Origin: an uncultured delta proteobacterium
GTDB taxonomy: Bacteria > Desulfobacterota > Desulfobacteria > Desulfobacterales > QNYZ01
Assembly (NCBI GenBank): GCA_963845145.1
Contig: CAWJQU010000005.1
Span: 1,280,001 to 1,344,000, forward strand
Length of the DNA: 64,000 nt
Direction of reading: 5' to 3'
A program made the translations under genes and the position numbers. This document shows positions 19,084-30,667 of the stretch, piece after piece (position 1 is the first letter of the stretch; each line of letters begins with the position of its first letter). The notes below the pieces were generated by a model. That model had not been told where the DNA came from and did no database searches. It saw nothing but the letters and a program-made list of their open reading frames with translations.

Positions 19084-20076
19084 ATCATGATTGTCTATTG
19101 GGGCACTGGGTAAGACGCGAACCAAGCGGTGTTTCCCTTTCTTTGTCACAAGAACTTCCACTGACTGATTTAGGGGGGCTTTGGTATAACCTGCGCAAAT
19201 GGCAGCGGCTTGCTTCAGGGTCTGTTCGTCGATATCTCCGCCGGGGATAAGGGTCGTGGGGCCGGGGAGTCTCATTGTCTTCAAAACCATATCCCGTTCG
19301 GCATCCATGGTTTGCATAATGGATTCGTTCTCTTTTTGGGTTCGGCCCACGATGATCTTGGTTTGAGGGCTCAATCGTAAATGGCGGCCATATTTGAGCA
19401 GGTGCATTTCGGATTCGGTGGTGTCGCTTTGATGACTAAAAAGGTCCTTTAACCGGTTGGTGTACCCCTTGTCGGTGAGCAAACAGCCGCCAGCGGGAGC
19501 TGGATACGTTGTCAGTCCATATTCGGCGGCGAGTCGGATTTGCGGTTTTCGGGATCGGCCGGTCAGATCCAGCAGGCGCTCCCGATCAACCAACCTTTTT
19601 TGTTCCGGTATACTTTCTGGCAGACGTTTTGCGCTTAGTGGACGAAGAATGTATCCATCCATTCCGGAGCGTTTGGCCACATAGCGCAGGGATGGAAAAG
19701 TCTGGGACATGGGGCGCTGGCCCAACACCTCCCCGGAAAATAAAAAATCAAAGCCCTCGGCTTGCATTATTTCACCCGCTAACTTGAACATCAGGGCATG
19801 GCAATCCATACAAGGGTTCATGTATTGTCCATATCCGGCAGGCGGGTCTTTCAACATGTCCATGTAAATGGAAAATATCGGTCGGACAATGAGGGGTATG
19901 CCGGTGATTTCTGATGCCTTGCGGGCTTTCGCCGCTGAAAAAAAAGGCGTTTCAAACGAAACCCAGGTCACATCAATACCCTGATCTTTTAGCACCAGAC
20001 CCGAAAGCATGCTGTCTAACCCACCCGAACAAAGCCCCAGGCCGCGAACCCGTTTTGACTGTTTGTTCTCCCTCAT
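19069..20076 (-). CDS. ThiI-like PP-loop tRNA thiolation protein
   Basis: SGGLDS PP-loop, NPCMDCH, GEVLGQRPMSQ, PAGGCLLT. Confidence 0.8.
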   Translation of the reverse strand: MRENKQSKRVRGLGLCSGGLDSMLSGLVLKDQGIDVTWVSFETPFFSAAKARKASEITGIPLIVRPIFSIYMDMLKDPPAGYGQYMNPCMDCHALMFKLAGEIMQAEGFDFLFSGEVLGQRPMSQTFPSLRYVAKRSGMDGYILRPLSAKRLPESIPEQKRLVDRERLLDLTGRSRKPQIRLAAEYGLTTYPAPAGGCLLTDKGYTNRLKDLFSHQSDTTESEMHLLKYGRHLRLSPQTKIIVGRTQKENESIMQTMDAERDMVLKTMRLPGPTTLIPGGDIDEQTLKQAAAICAGYTKAPLNQSVEVLVTKKGKHRLVRVLPSAPIDNHDLLIL

Positions 20077-20126
20077 ACCCCGCCTTTTTATGTAAAAATC
20101 TTCGGATGATTGCAAATCAGCCCAAA

Positions 20127-20196
20127 AACGTAATCGTCGTCATTATCGGTGTCAAGCCGATTAGGCTTAAACCGGTTAGGCTTAAATCGGATGTGC
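20127..20196 (-). promoter_or_regulatory. Sigma70 promoter with three 15-bp direct repeats at the -35
   Basis: Minus strand TTGACA(20155-20150)-17 nt-TACGTT(20132-20127); repeats TCAAGCCGATTAGGC / TTAAACCGGTTAGGC / TTAAATCGGATGTGC. Confidence 0.5.
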
Positions 20197-20323
20197 CAGC
20201 GATGTGAATACCTGGTAAAAGGCCAAAAAAGATGATAGTGCCGATGATAATGACCAACAGGTACCCGGCTGCAGGCTTTACGCAGATGACCTGTTTGCAC
20301 CCATCACTCTGAGGCTTCTCAAG

Positions 20324-21256
20324 TTGGATGAACATTCGATTCAAAATCAAAATCTCGATCCCGGCGCCGCAATTTTCTGCGGTTTTTTATGCGTTTTGTT
20401 TGGGGCGAATGCGGTGGCGATTAAAATCACCCTGATGGGAATGGGGCCGTTTACCATCGCAGGAATACGATTTTCATTGGCCGCTCTTATTATTTTTGTT
20501 TGGGTGCTGAGTTCAGGGCGACATGTCGGTTTTTCCAGGTCCCAGTTTAAGCCGATTTTAATTTTATCTTTAATCTTTGCCGGCCAAATGTCCCTTTTTT
20601 ATCTTGGTCTTAGCCGAACCAATGCCTCCCGAGGTACCTTGCTGGGCAACCTTCAACCGTTTTTCACTCTTTTTCTGGCACACTATTTCATCCCCGGCGA
20701 TCAGATCACCCGCCGTAAATTTTTCGGTATTCTTTTGGGTTTTAGCGGCGTGGCTTTCGTATTTCTGGAAACAAAAGGCGGTAATGCCGGAGAGTTGCGT
20801 TCGGGTGATTTCATTATCATGTTGGCGACGATCTTGTGGGCCATCAACGCCGTTTACATCAAACGGATTATCAGCCGGGTTGAGCCCTACCAGATCGTGA
20901 TGTATCAAATGATTTTTGGTGGGTTCATCTTCTTTTTGGAAGCCTGGTTGTGGGATCCGCCGATGATATCTCCACCGGACATGAAAGTGCTCGGGGCACT
21001 TTTCTATCAAACCGTGATTACGGCAGCCTTTGGATTCCTGGCGTGGACCTATTTATTGCAACGATATGGTACCGTGGCTCTGCACTCATTTATTTTCATT
21101 ATGCCCATCGCCGGGGTTTTGCTGGGTGGCCTGATCCTCGATGAACCAATCACAGGTAAAATTCTGGTGGCCTTACTGCTCATTGTCACGGGCATTTTGA
21201 TAGTCCACTTCAAGCCGGAAAAACGGCCGGTCCCCATTCGTTTTTACAAGGGTTAG
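20324..21256 (+). CDS. DMT/EamA family transporter
   Basis: About 10 TM in two EamA repeats. Confidence 0.88.
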   Translation: MDEHSIQNQNLDPGAAIFCGFLCVLFGANAVAIKITLMGMGPFTIAGIRFSLAALIIFVWVLSSGRHVGFSRSQFKPILILSLIFAGQMSLFYLGLSRTNASRGTLLGNLQPFFTLFLAHYFIPGDQITRRKFFGILLGFSGVAFVFLETKGGNAGELRSGDFIIMLATILWAINAVYIKRIISRVEPYQIVMYQMIFGGFIFFLEAWLWDPPMISPPDMKVLGALFYQTVITAAFGFLAWTYLLQRYGTVALHSFIFIMPIAGVLLGGLILDEPITGKILVALLLIVTGILIVHFKPEKRPVPIRFYKG

Positions 21257-21369
21257 AATCTCAACCCCCATAAACAAAAAAAATCAACTTGCTCCCGCCA
21301 AAGTTATTCGTTAAGAGCCAATATTCGCAAACGAATACTTTTCAACAGGTACCGGGAAAATCGGATGTA

Positions 21370-22287
21370 ATGGAAAATCGCGCTTTAAAATCAAATAGTC
21401 TTCTTTTGCTTACCGCCGCCATCTGGGGGTTTGCCTTTGTGGCCCAGCGTGCGGGCATGGATTATTTGGGTCCATTCACGTTTAACGGTGTAAGGTTTGC
21501 TCTGGGAAGTTTGACCCTGCTTCCTTTTTTGGTGGCAACCGAGAAAAAGCAACCATCTGTTTTAAAAATCTCACGCAAGTCAATCTATTTGGGATGTGGC
21601 ATCACCGGATGTGTTCTTTTTATGGGGGCCTCTCTGCAGCAGGTAGGGATTACGTCAACGACTGCCGGAAAGGCTGGTTTTATTACCGGGCTTTATGTGG
21701 TGATCGTTCCGATATTCGGCCTGTTTCTAAAACAGCATACCGACGGCGGTACATGGATAGGGGCGGGGTTGGCTGCCGTGGGGTTGTATTTCCTCAGCAT
21801 GACCGAGCAATTCACCATTCAATACGGTGACTTTTTGGTATTTCTGAGTGCCTTTTTCTGGAGCATTCATGTTTTGATCATTGCCTGGCTTTCACCTCGT
21901 GTCAATCCAGTCAAGATCGCCTTCATTCAGTTTGTTATCTGTTCAGTATTGAGTTTTATCGTGGCCCTAATTATCGAAACGATTAATATCTCAGGGATTT
22001 TACAAGCAGCAATACCCATCATTTACAGCGGCGTCTTATCCGTGGGAATTGCCTATACGCTGCAGGTGGTGGCCCAAAAAAACGCTCACCCCGCCCACGC
22101 CGCCATCATTTTAAGCCTGGAAACGGTCTTTGCGGCAATCGGTGGTTGGTTTTTATTAAACGAAGTGCTTTCGTCGCGTGAAATATTCGGCTGTTCGCTA
22201 ATGCTGGCCGGTATGATTATCTCGCAACTTTGGAATTATTTATTACAGGTTCGTCATAATCGGCGCATCGCCGAACGCCTTACATGA
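21370..22287 (+). CDS. DMT/EamA family transporter
   Basis: IWGFAFVAQ, TTAGKAGFITGLYVV, ILSLETVFAA. Confidence 0.9.
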   Translation: MENRALKSNSLLLLTAAIWGFAFVAQRAGMDYLGPFTFNGVRFALGSLTLLPFLVATEKKQPSVLKISRKSIYLGCGITGCVLFMGASLQQVGITSTTAGKAGFITGLYVVIVPIFGLFLKQHTDGGTWIGAGLAAVGLYFLSMTEQFTIQYGDFLVFLSAFFWSIHVLIIAWLSPRVNPVKIAFIQFVICSVLSFIVALIIETINISGILQAAIPIIYSGVLSVGIAYTLQVVAQKNAHPAHAAIILSLETVFAAIGGWFLLNEVLSSREIFGCSLMLAGMIISQLWNYLLQVRHNRRIAERLT

Positions 22288-22362
22288 AAACAACCACCCA
22301 TTCCACCGCTGTCGGTTAAGGCCTTGTAGGGTTGCCATACCAGTGCGGTAGGTTCGAAAACA

Positions 22363-23769
22363 TTAAAAGTAGCTGGAACAGTCCCAGCAGTGCGTACAAA
22401 GCTTTTCTTTAGGCATTCCAATGGCGGTAACCAGATTTTCCAATTTCTGGTATTTAAGCGATGTCAATTTTAAATCCTTCCCGATGCCTTCCACCATGCG
22501 CCGGTTTTCGTCGCTGTCCGATTTTGCATAGGGGCTGATATCCGTTTCTTGACCATTTTCCAGTTGATTGATTACTTTTCGTCCGGCCAGGTCGAGGGTT
22601 GAGCGGGAAGTGGAGAAGTTTATGAATTCACACGGGTAGACCAGGGTCGGACATGCCGGGCGCATGTGAACTTCTTTGGCCCCCACGTCGAAAAGAATTT
22701 GAATATTTTCCCTTAGCTGGGTACCACGAACGATCGAGTCTTCACAAAAGAGGATTTTTTGGCCTTCGATCAACTTGCGAATGGGGATCAGTTTCATTCG
22801 TGCCACCAGATCTCTCAATTCCTGATTTTGGGGCATAAAACTTCTCGGCCATGTGGGGGTGTATTTTACAAAAGGCCGCACGTAAGGAATTTTTTTGCTG
22901 TTGGCGTATCCGAGGGCATGGCCGATGCCCGAATCGGGGATGCCGGCCACACAATCGATATCGATATCATCGTCTATGGCCAGCGCTTCACCGCATCGGT
23001 TGCGGGTATACTCTACGTTGATTCCTTCGTATTCTGAGGCAGGGTACCCATAGTACACCCATAAAAAAGCGCAGACTTGCATGGCCTTGCCGGGCGCTTG
23101 GCGCTGTTCACAGCCATCCGGCGTCAAGAGGACGATCTCTCCGGGACCTAAAAACCGATCGATCTCATAGTCCAGGTTGGGAAAGGCGCTGCTTTCTGAC
23201 GCTGCGGCATAACCTTCTTCCTTTTTTCCAATCACAATAGGCGTTCGGCCCAGCCGGTCCCGGGCGGCATAGATGCCCTTATTTGTGAGCAGCAGAATGG
23301 AACATGAGCCCTGGATTCGCTCCTGGGCCTTGATCAGGCCACTTTCAAAAGAGTCCTCTTCGCTGATGAGCATGGACACCATTTCCGTGGGATTGGTTTC
23401 ACCCTTGCCGGTGGTTTCCGAAAAGTGTTGCCGATTGCCGTGGGCTCTTTTAAGCAATGCATCCATATTATTAATTTTACCCACGGTAACAATTCCGAAG
23501 TTGCCCAGATGCGAGCTGACAAGGAGCGGCTGGGGTTCCGTATCACTGATGGCGCCGATGCCTTGGTTGCCGTGAAAACTGGAAATGTCGTCTTCAAATT
23601 TGGACCGGAAATAATTGTTTTCGATATTGTGGATGGATCGCTTGAATCCGTCGGCATTTTTTACCGCCAGTCCTCCGCGGCGTGTTCCGAGATGGGAGTG
23701 GTAGTCCGTCCCATAAAAAAGGTCGCTCACACAATCTTTTGTTAATGTGGCACCGAAAAGTCCGCCCAT
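22363..23769 (-). CDS. purF: Amidophosphoribosyltransferase-like protein lacking the N-terminal catalytic Cys
   Basis: Ntn domain plus PRT motif EDSIVRGT, GIPDSG, Fe-S Cys (CxxC near the C-terminus); begins MGG rather than MCG. Confidence 0.8.
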   Translation of the reverse strand: MGGLFGATLTKDCVSDLFYGTDYHSHLGTRRGGLAVKNADGFKRSIHNIENNYFRSKFEDDISSFHGNQGIGAISDTEPQPLLVSSHLGNFGIVTVGKINNMDALLKRAHGNRQHFSETTGKGETNPTEMVSMLISEEDSFESGLIKAQERIQGSCSILLLTNKGIYAARDRLGRTPIVIGKKEEGYAAASESSAFPNLDYEIDRFLGPGEIVLLTPDGCEQRQAPGKAMQVCAFLWVYYGYPASEYEGINVEYTRNRCGEALAIDDDIDIDCVAGIPDSGIGHALGYANSKKIPYVRPFVKYTPTWPRSFMPQNQELRDLVARMKLIPIRKLIEGQKILFCEDSIVRGTQLRENIQILFDVGAKEVHMRPACPTLVYPCEFINFSTSRSTLDLAGRKVINQLENGQETDISPYAKSDSDENRRMVEGIGKDLKLTSLKYQKLENLVTAIGMPKEKLCTHCWDCSSYF

Positions 23770-24124
23770 GGTCGTGCTTCTCCTGTTTATGTATGCAGGT
23801 AAATATATAAGGGTTGATAAGCATGCTTACTTAACCCAATTTGTTATGCTTGGCAAATACAACCATTAAATACCACAATGTCGGATGATTTCCGGGCTAG
23901 TATTAAAACATTCGGTGGCATTTTTTGCTCCAATAGTATAAATACCGGCTTTAAACCACAGCCCATGGTGGTCAAAGCCTCATAGCCGCGCCAAATATTG
24001 ACATCTTGTTTATTTTTATCGATTATATCGATCTTTTGTCTCACTTTTTCATTGTAACGAAACGCAGTCTCAATGAGGCTTTTGGAAGGATCGCTGAAAC
24101 TTTTCATAACGAGGGAGGTAATGA

Positions 24125-25708
24125 ATGAATTTGCAACGCGCCAACGCCAACGAGGCCCTTCAAACCAAAAACCGATCACGGGATGTGGCCCCCCAGTCCG
24201 GCATTTGCAGCCGCTGCCTGGATGGCTGCAAGGGAAATTGTGATCTCTTTAAGGCCACTTTCAGGGGGCGGGAATTGCTCTACCCGGGTCCCTTCGGGAG
24301 TGTCACCGCCGGAGCGGATAAAGATTACCCGGTGGATTATTCCCACTTAAATATCATGGGGTACGCTTTGGGGGCCAAAGGCGTGGCGGCGGATCCGGAT
24401 GCAGCGACCTTTCCCACCGTTAATACCGAGACCGAATATGGCGTCACCAACAAAGTGAAGATGAAAGTGCCGATTTTTACCGGCGCTTTGGGCAGCACGG
24501 AAATCGCCCGCCGCAACTGGGAACATTTTGCCATAGGGGCCGCTATCAGCGGTATTAGCCTGGTTTGCGGAGAAAATGTATGCGGTATCGACCCCGAACT
24601 TGAACTGGGCAGCCACGGTAGAGTGGTGAAGTCGCCTGAAATGGATCGTCGCGTCAAAACATACCGGCGTTATCATGAGGGGTATGGCGATATTCTGGTA
24701 CAGATGAACGTGGAAGATACGCGCAACGGTGTGGCCGAATACGTGCTTGAAAACCTGGGCGTTGAAACGATTGAACTCAAATGGGGCCAGGGTGCCAAAT
24801 GTATCGGCGGGGAAATTAAGGTTAATTCTCTGAGTCGCGCACTGGAGCTGAAGAAAAGGGGATATATCGTCACCCCCGATCCGGAAGATCCCGCGCATCA
24901 GGCGGCATTTAAAGCCGGCCCATTAAAACAGTTCGAACGCCATTCCCGTCTGGGCTTTATTGACCAGGAAGGGTTTATGAAAGAGGTGGAGCGGCTCCGC
25001 GCTCTGGGCGCCAAACGGATCACCCTGAAAACCGGTGCGTATCCCATGCGGGAGCTGGCCATGGCGATTCGTTGGTCCAGTGATGCGGGTATCGATTTGC
25101 TGACCATTGATGGCGCGCCCGGTGGCACGGGGATGAGCCCGTGGCGTATGATGACCGAATGGGGCATTCCGGCCATTTACCTGCACTCCATGGCCTATGA
25201 GATGTGTGCGCGCCTGGCCCAAAAAGGCAAACCAGTGCCGGATATCGCCTTTGCCGGAGGCTTTTCTTCCGAAGACCATGTCTTTAAGGCTTTGGCCCTG
25301 GGCGCACCCTATTGTAAGGCGGTCTGCATGGGACGGGCATTGATGATTCCGGGGATGGTAGGGAAAAACGCCGAAAAATGGCTGATGGGAAAAGACGGCG
25401 GCCTGCCCGCCACCGTGTCTAAATTCGGTTTCTCCAAAGAGGAAATTTTCATGAATTACGAAGTCCTAAAGGAAAAATACGGCTCCGAGGTGGATAACTT
25501 TCCGCTGGGCGCCATCGGTATCTACAATGTTTCCGATAAAATCAAGGTGGGTTTGCAGCAGTTGATGGCCGGATCGCGCAGCTGGGGGGTGGAGCATATC
25601 AGCCGCAACGATCTGTTTTCTTTGACCAAAGATTGCGCTGAGATCACCGGCATCCCGTATGTCATGGACGCCTATCGCGAAGAAGCGCTTAAAATTATTG
25701 ACGCGTAA
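24125..25708 (+). CDS. Stand-alone FMN-binding glutamate synthase family protein
   Basis: GGAGG RBS; N-terminal CxxCxxxCxxxC; ELKWGQGAK...GGE, IDGAPGGTG, KALALGA. Confidence 0.9.
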   Translation: MNLQRANANEALQTKNRSRDVAPQSGICSRCLDGCKGNCDLFKATFRGRELLYPGPFGSVTAGADKDYPVDYSHLNIMGYALGAKGVAADPDAATFPTVNTETEYGVTNKVKMKVPIFTGALGSTEIARRNWEHFAIGAAISGISLVCGENVCGIDPELELGSHGRVVKSPEMDRRVKTYRRYHEGYGDILVQMNVEDTRNGVAEYVLENLGVETIELKWGQGAKCIGGEIKVNSLSRALELKKRGYIVTPDPEDPAHQAAFKAGPLKQFERHSRLGFIDQEGFMKEVERLRALGAKRITLKTGAYPMRELAMAIRWSSDAGIDLLTIDGAPGGTGMSPWRMMTEWGIPAIYLHSMAYEMCARLAQKGKPVPDIAFAGGFSSEDHVFKALALGAPYCKAVCMGRALMIPGMVGKNAEKWLMGKDGGLPATVSKFGFSKEEIFMNYEVLKEKYGSEVDNFPLGAIGIYNVSDKIKVGLQQLMAGSRSWGVEHISRNDLFSLTKDCAEITGIPYVMDAYREEALKIIDA

Positions 25709-25716
25709 ACACCTGA

Positions 25717-27093
<1,377 letters not shown>

Positions 27094-27220
27094 ACGCTCA
27101 AGTCGGGCGGGTGGTGGATGTACCCGTCATTTGATATAGGTTTAAAATAATTAAGGGGGAAAACGGTGGCTTCATGACCATGGACACGGTCATCCCCCTT
27201 ATTTCGTGATGGAGGTCTGT

Positions 27221-27496
27221 ATGCTGCCCGAAAAATTGGAAAAAAAGTATACTGATTTTTATGCGGCCACTGCTGAAAACGGTACCATTGATGCCAGAAC
27301 AACGGTGATGATTCAACTGGCGGCAGCCTTTGCCGTCGGATGCTATCCGTGAATGGAGCATTTCTTTGGCGTGGCCAAAGAACTGGGGTTGTCCGATACG
27401 GAAATCGGAACCGTGCAAGCGATCGCTATGGGGGTTTCAGCGGGACGAATACGTGCTCAGTTTCGAGAAGTAAGAGAGCGGATGGGATATGAATAG
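27221..27496 (+). CDS. AhpD/carboxymuconolactone-decarboxylase-like selenoprotein (CYPU), 91 aa
   Basis: GGAGG RBS at 27211; in-frame TGA at 27350 within G-C-Y-P-U; frame continues 47 codons to TAG; hairpin immediately downstream. Confidence 0.85.
27359..27385 (+). promoter_or_regulatory. Bacterial SECIS element
   Basis: TTCTTTGGC-GTG-GCCAAAGAA 9-bp stem starting 10 nt after the UGA, with a GU-initiated loop. Confidence 0.75.
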
Positions 27497-27633
27497 ATTT
27501 CTCTTATTCATTTTCACTCGGACCCTTGTTGGCCGAAAGCCATTTAAACTATCCCAGCAGCTTGACCCAGCAGCTTGACATTGTTTAGCTAAATATTGAT
27601 AAAAGGGCCGTACCGGCAAGAATCAACCCATTT

Positions 27634-28491
27634 ATGAAAGGGCCCTTGTTGACCGCTGAGATTGCCATACTGGTACTGCTGGCCGCATTCCTTCATGCCG
27701 GATGGAATGCCCTGGTAAAGACAGCTTCAGACCGATTGTTTGTTATATCGGCAGTGGCCTTCACCCAATGTCTGGCCGGGTTGCTGGTGATTCCATTTGT
27801 AACGGCACCCGACGCTGCAAGCTGGCCGGCCATTGCCTGGTCGACCCTGTTTCACTATCTATATTACACCTTTCTATACCAGGCCTATCGATTTGGTGAC
27901 TTAAGTCAGGTCTATCCTCTGGCCCGGGGATTTGCGCCGGTTCTGGTGGCGATGGGTGCGGCGATATTCAGTGGTGAGGTTCTCTCCCTTCCCGCGATTA
28001 TCGGCGTAGTGGTGACCTCCATCGGTATTGCCAGTATCGCCATCTTCCAAAAATCATCGCTCAAACAAAACCCCGCGGCGCTTTTTTATGCCATGGGCAC
28101 CGGTGTGATTATCGCCGGGTATACCGTGTCCGATGGTGTTGGTGTGCGGTTGTCGGGCAGCCCTTTCGGCTACATCGCCTGGTTGTTTTTTTTGGAGTTC
28201 CCGGTGGTGCTCTTTGTGCTGTATCGTCGTCGGGGGGGAATGGTCGTTTTGTTTCAACAGGAGTGGAAACTATTTACCGGAACCGGGCTTTGCTCGGTGA
28301 TCGCTTACGGTATCGTCATTTTTGCGGTCAATTTCGCCCCCATGGCCGCGGTATCAGCTTTGCGGGAATCGAGCGTTATTATGGCGGCTTTGATCGGGAC
28401 CTTATTTCTGGGCGAACGGCCCTGGCTGCAACGTGTGGCTGCGGCCATCGTTGTGGCAGGTGGGGTGGCGATGATTACTGGAGGTGGATGA
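27634..28491 (+). CDS. EamA/DMT family transporter
   Basis: LHAGWNALVK, GDLSQVYPLARG, VSALRESS. Confidence 0.9.
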   Translation: MKGPLLTAEIAILVLLAAFLHAGWNALVKTASDRLFVISAVAFTQCLAGLLVIPFVTAPDAASWPAIAWSTLFHYLYYTFLYQAYRFGDLSQVYPLARGFAPVLVAMGAAIFSGEVLSLPAIIGVVVTSIGIASIAIFQKSSLKQNPAALFYAMGTGVIIAGYTVSDGVGVRLSGSPFGYIAWLFFLEFPVVLFVLYRRRGGMVVLFQQEWKLFTGTGLCSVIAYGIVIFAVNFAPMAAVSALRESSVIMAALIGTLFLGERPWLQRVAAAIVVAGGVAMITGGG

Positions 28492-29410
28492 AATGTTAAT
28501 CCAACCCGATTGCGTTGACTGCATCTTTCGGATGGCTCTTGGGGCGATTCGGAAACTCGATTTGGAAAAGGCGCAGGAGGAAGAACTGTTTGGGCAGATT
28601 TTGGATCTCGACTTATTCAACCAACACACCCGGGATCGCACAAGCCCCGAAACCATTGAGCAGATCATGATAGTCATATCGTCTTACGTCAACAACCCGG
28701 ACCCGTTTTACCAAGAAAAAAGACAATTAAACGAGACCGTAATGGGTCTTTATGCTCCTTTCGAAAAACGTATTGACCAGGCTCCGGATCCGCTTTACAT
28801 GGCCGTCAAGCTGGCGATCATCGGTAACACCATCGACTTTATGTTGCCTAAAGGCACCGAAGATATCGAAAACGATATCAATGAGCGATTAAAAGTAGAA
28901 GTGTCTGAAAAAGCGTACGCCAATTTACGTCAAGCGCTTCTTAGTGCGCAACGGATTGTCTACTTTACCGACAATGCCGGTGAAATTGTTTTGGATAAAC
29001 TATTGGTGAATACCTTACGGCAGTTTTGCGATCCGGATATCGTTTTCGTCGTAAGAAATATGCCGACCTTAAACGATGCCACCCTGAATGAGGCCAAACA
29101 AGTCGGGTTGGAAAGTGCGGCGCCGGTATTGGCAAACGGCATTGACGGCCCGCTGCCGGGCACCATTTTAGAGCGCTGCTCATCCAAGGTGAGGGATCTG
29201 GTGGAAACGGCCGACCTTATTATCTCCAAGGGCGGCGGAAACTTTGACTGTTTGAGTGAAGAAGTACCGCATCTGAACACGGATATCAGTTTTCTTTTGC
29301 TTTCCAAATGCCATCCATACAATACTTATTTTAAAGCAGATTTATACCAACCCATTGTTGCCCACTTCAAGGCTGACATGAACAGTATGCGATATAGAGG
29401 GAAATCATGA
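28484..29410 (+). CDS. DUF89/ARMT1-like damage-control phosphatase
   Basis: CxxC near N-terminus, GNTID, DNAGE, NDAT, SKGGGNF. Confidence 0.88.
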   Translation: MDEMLIQPDCVDCIFRMALGAIRKLDLEKAQEEELFGQILDLDLFNQHTRDRTSPETIEQIMIVISSYVNNPDPFYQEKRQLNETVMGLYAPFEKRIDQAPDPLYMAVKLAIIGNTIDFMLPKGTEDIENDINERLKVEVSEKAYANLRQALLSAQRIVYFTDNAGEIVLDKLLVNTLRQFCDPDIVFVVRNMPTLNDATLNEAKQVGLESAAPVLANGIDGPLPGTILERCSSKVRDLVETADLIISKGGGNFDCLSEEVPHLNTDISFLLLSKCHPYNTYFKADLYQPIVAHFKADMNSMRYRGKS

Positions 29411-29874
29411 AAATAACCGTCGAACCCATTGGCATCATTCACACGCCCTTTAGTCAAAAAGAGGAGTGCCCCATTCAAGGGGTATATGCCAATAACACGC
29501 CCGGTACCATCGAAGTCTTCAACCAACATGCCGCAGGGCTAAAGGATATTGAAGGGTTTTCCCACATTTATCTTTTTTATCATTTTGACCGCGCCGGCGA
29601 GATCAAATACGTGCGACCCACTTTTTTGGACGAAACGCCCCACGGTATTTATGCGTCGCGGCATCCGTGCCGCCCTAACGGGATCGGCATGTCCATCGTT
29701 AAGCTGATCAAAAGAGATGACAATCGGCTCGAGGTCGAAGGGATCGATGTATTGAACCAAACCCCGCTGTTGGATATCAAGCCGTACATTCCCAAATTTG
29801 ATGTTTTTGACTCGGCTACGGAAGGATGGGCAGCTGATAAAGCGTTCCGTTCTAAACCGGCAGGGCGGGAATAG
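29407..29874 (+). CDS. tsaA: tRNA m6t6A37 methyltransferase TrmO/TsaA family
   Basis: PIGIIHTPF, RPNGIGMS, TPLLDIKPY. Confidence 0.88.
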   Translation: MKITVEPIGIIHTPFSQKEECPIQGVYANNTPGTIEVFNQHAAGLKDIEGFSHIYLFYHFDRAGEIKYVRPTFLDETPHGIYASRHPCRPNGIGMSIVKLIKRDDNRLEVEGIDVLNQTPLLDIKPYIPKFDVFDSATEGWAADKAFRSKPAGRE

Positions 29875-29893
29875 TTGAGAGCCTTCATCTTGT

Positions 29894-30550
29894 ATGTGGC
29901 TCATCTTCCGAGTGTCTCAAAAATTGAGTCATTTATTAACGGAAAGGGAAAACTTGGATATTGACTATCGAATCGGAAAAAAAGGGGACTGCTCACGTAT
30001 CGCAGCGTTAATCAACATCGCCTCCGGGGGGGTCATCGAATACCTTTTTTACGGATTGGTACCCGCTCAATCGCCGGTTGAAATAATCGCCTACAATCTC
30101 GAAAGCGATGATGAACCCTATTCCTACAATAACGTCATTGTGGCCGAAGAGAACGGTCAAGTCGTGGGAATGGCCCTGTCATTCCCATCAGAATATCATC
30201 ATATTACCGAAGAGATGGCGCAGTTTTTCCCGCCGGATAGGTTATCTCACCTACAGCCTTTTTACACAGCGAATATCGAACAAAGCCTTTTTCTGGATGC
30301 CCTTTGTGTAGACGAAGCTTACCAAAAAAAAGGGGTCGGCAGCCAGCTCATCGAACGAACCAAGCAAAAGGCCCATGAAGGCGGATACCGGTTTTTAAGC
30401 CTCATTGTTTTCACCGACAACGTAAAGGCGCAAAGAGTCTATCAGAAAAATGGTTTTGAAGTCGCGGAGGAAATATCTCTGGACTCACATGAACTGATTC
30501 CGCATGAGGGGGGATGTTTGTTGATGAAGTGTGATGTGAGTAAAACGTGA
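29894..30550 (+). CDS. GNAT family N-acetyltransferase (start may be TTG near 29953)
   Basis: LDALCVDEAYQKKGVGSQL, NVKAQRVYQKNGF. Confidence 0.85.
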   Translation: MWLIFRVSQKLSHLLTERENLDIDYRIGKKGDCSRIAALINIASGGVIEYLFYGLVPAQSPVEIIAYNLESDDEPYSYNNVIVAEENGQVVGMALSFPSEYHHITEEMAQFFPPDRLSHLQPFYTANIEQSLFLDALCVDEAYQKKGVGSQLIERTKQKAHEGGYRFLSLIVFTDNVKAQRVYQKNGFEVAEEISLDSHELIPHEGGCLLMKCDVSKT

Positions 30551-30667
30551 TCATTTTTTAAGAAAACTCAATCCACCTGTGGTGGATACGTTATAGGCGG
30601 GTATCATTATAAATGGCATTATATCGAGGTCTGGATATTAACTGGTTATATAGGATAGAATGATCTT

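Noticed and set aside
23915..23930. Sigma54 promoter TGGCATTTTTTGC
   Set aside because: GG to GC spacing is 8 nt, not the required 10.
30571..30588. 8-nt complementarity between the ncRNA (AGGUGGAU) and a hairpin upstream of DUF3800
   Set aside because: Too short to distinguish from chance.
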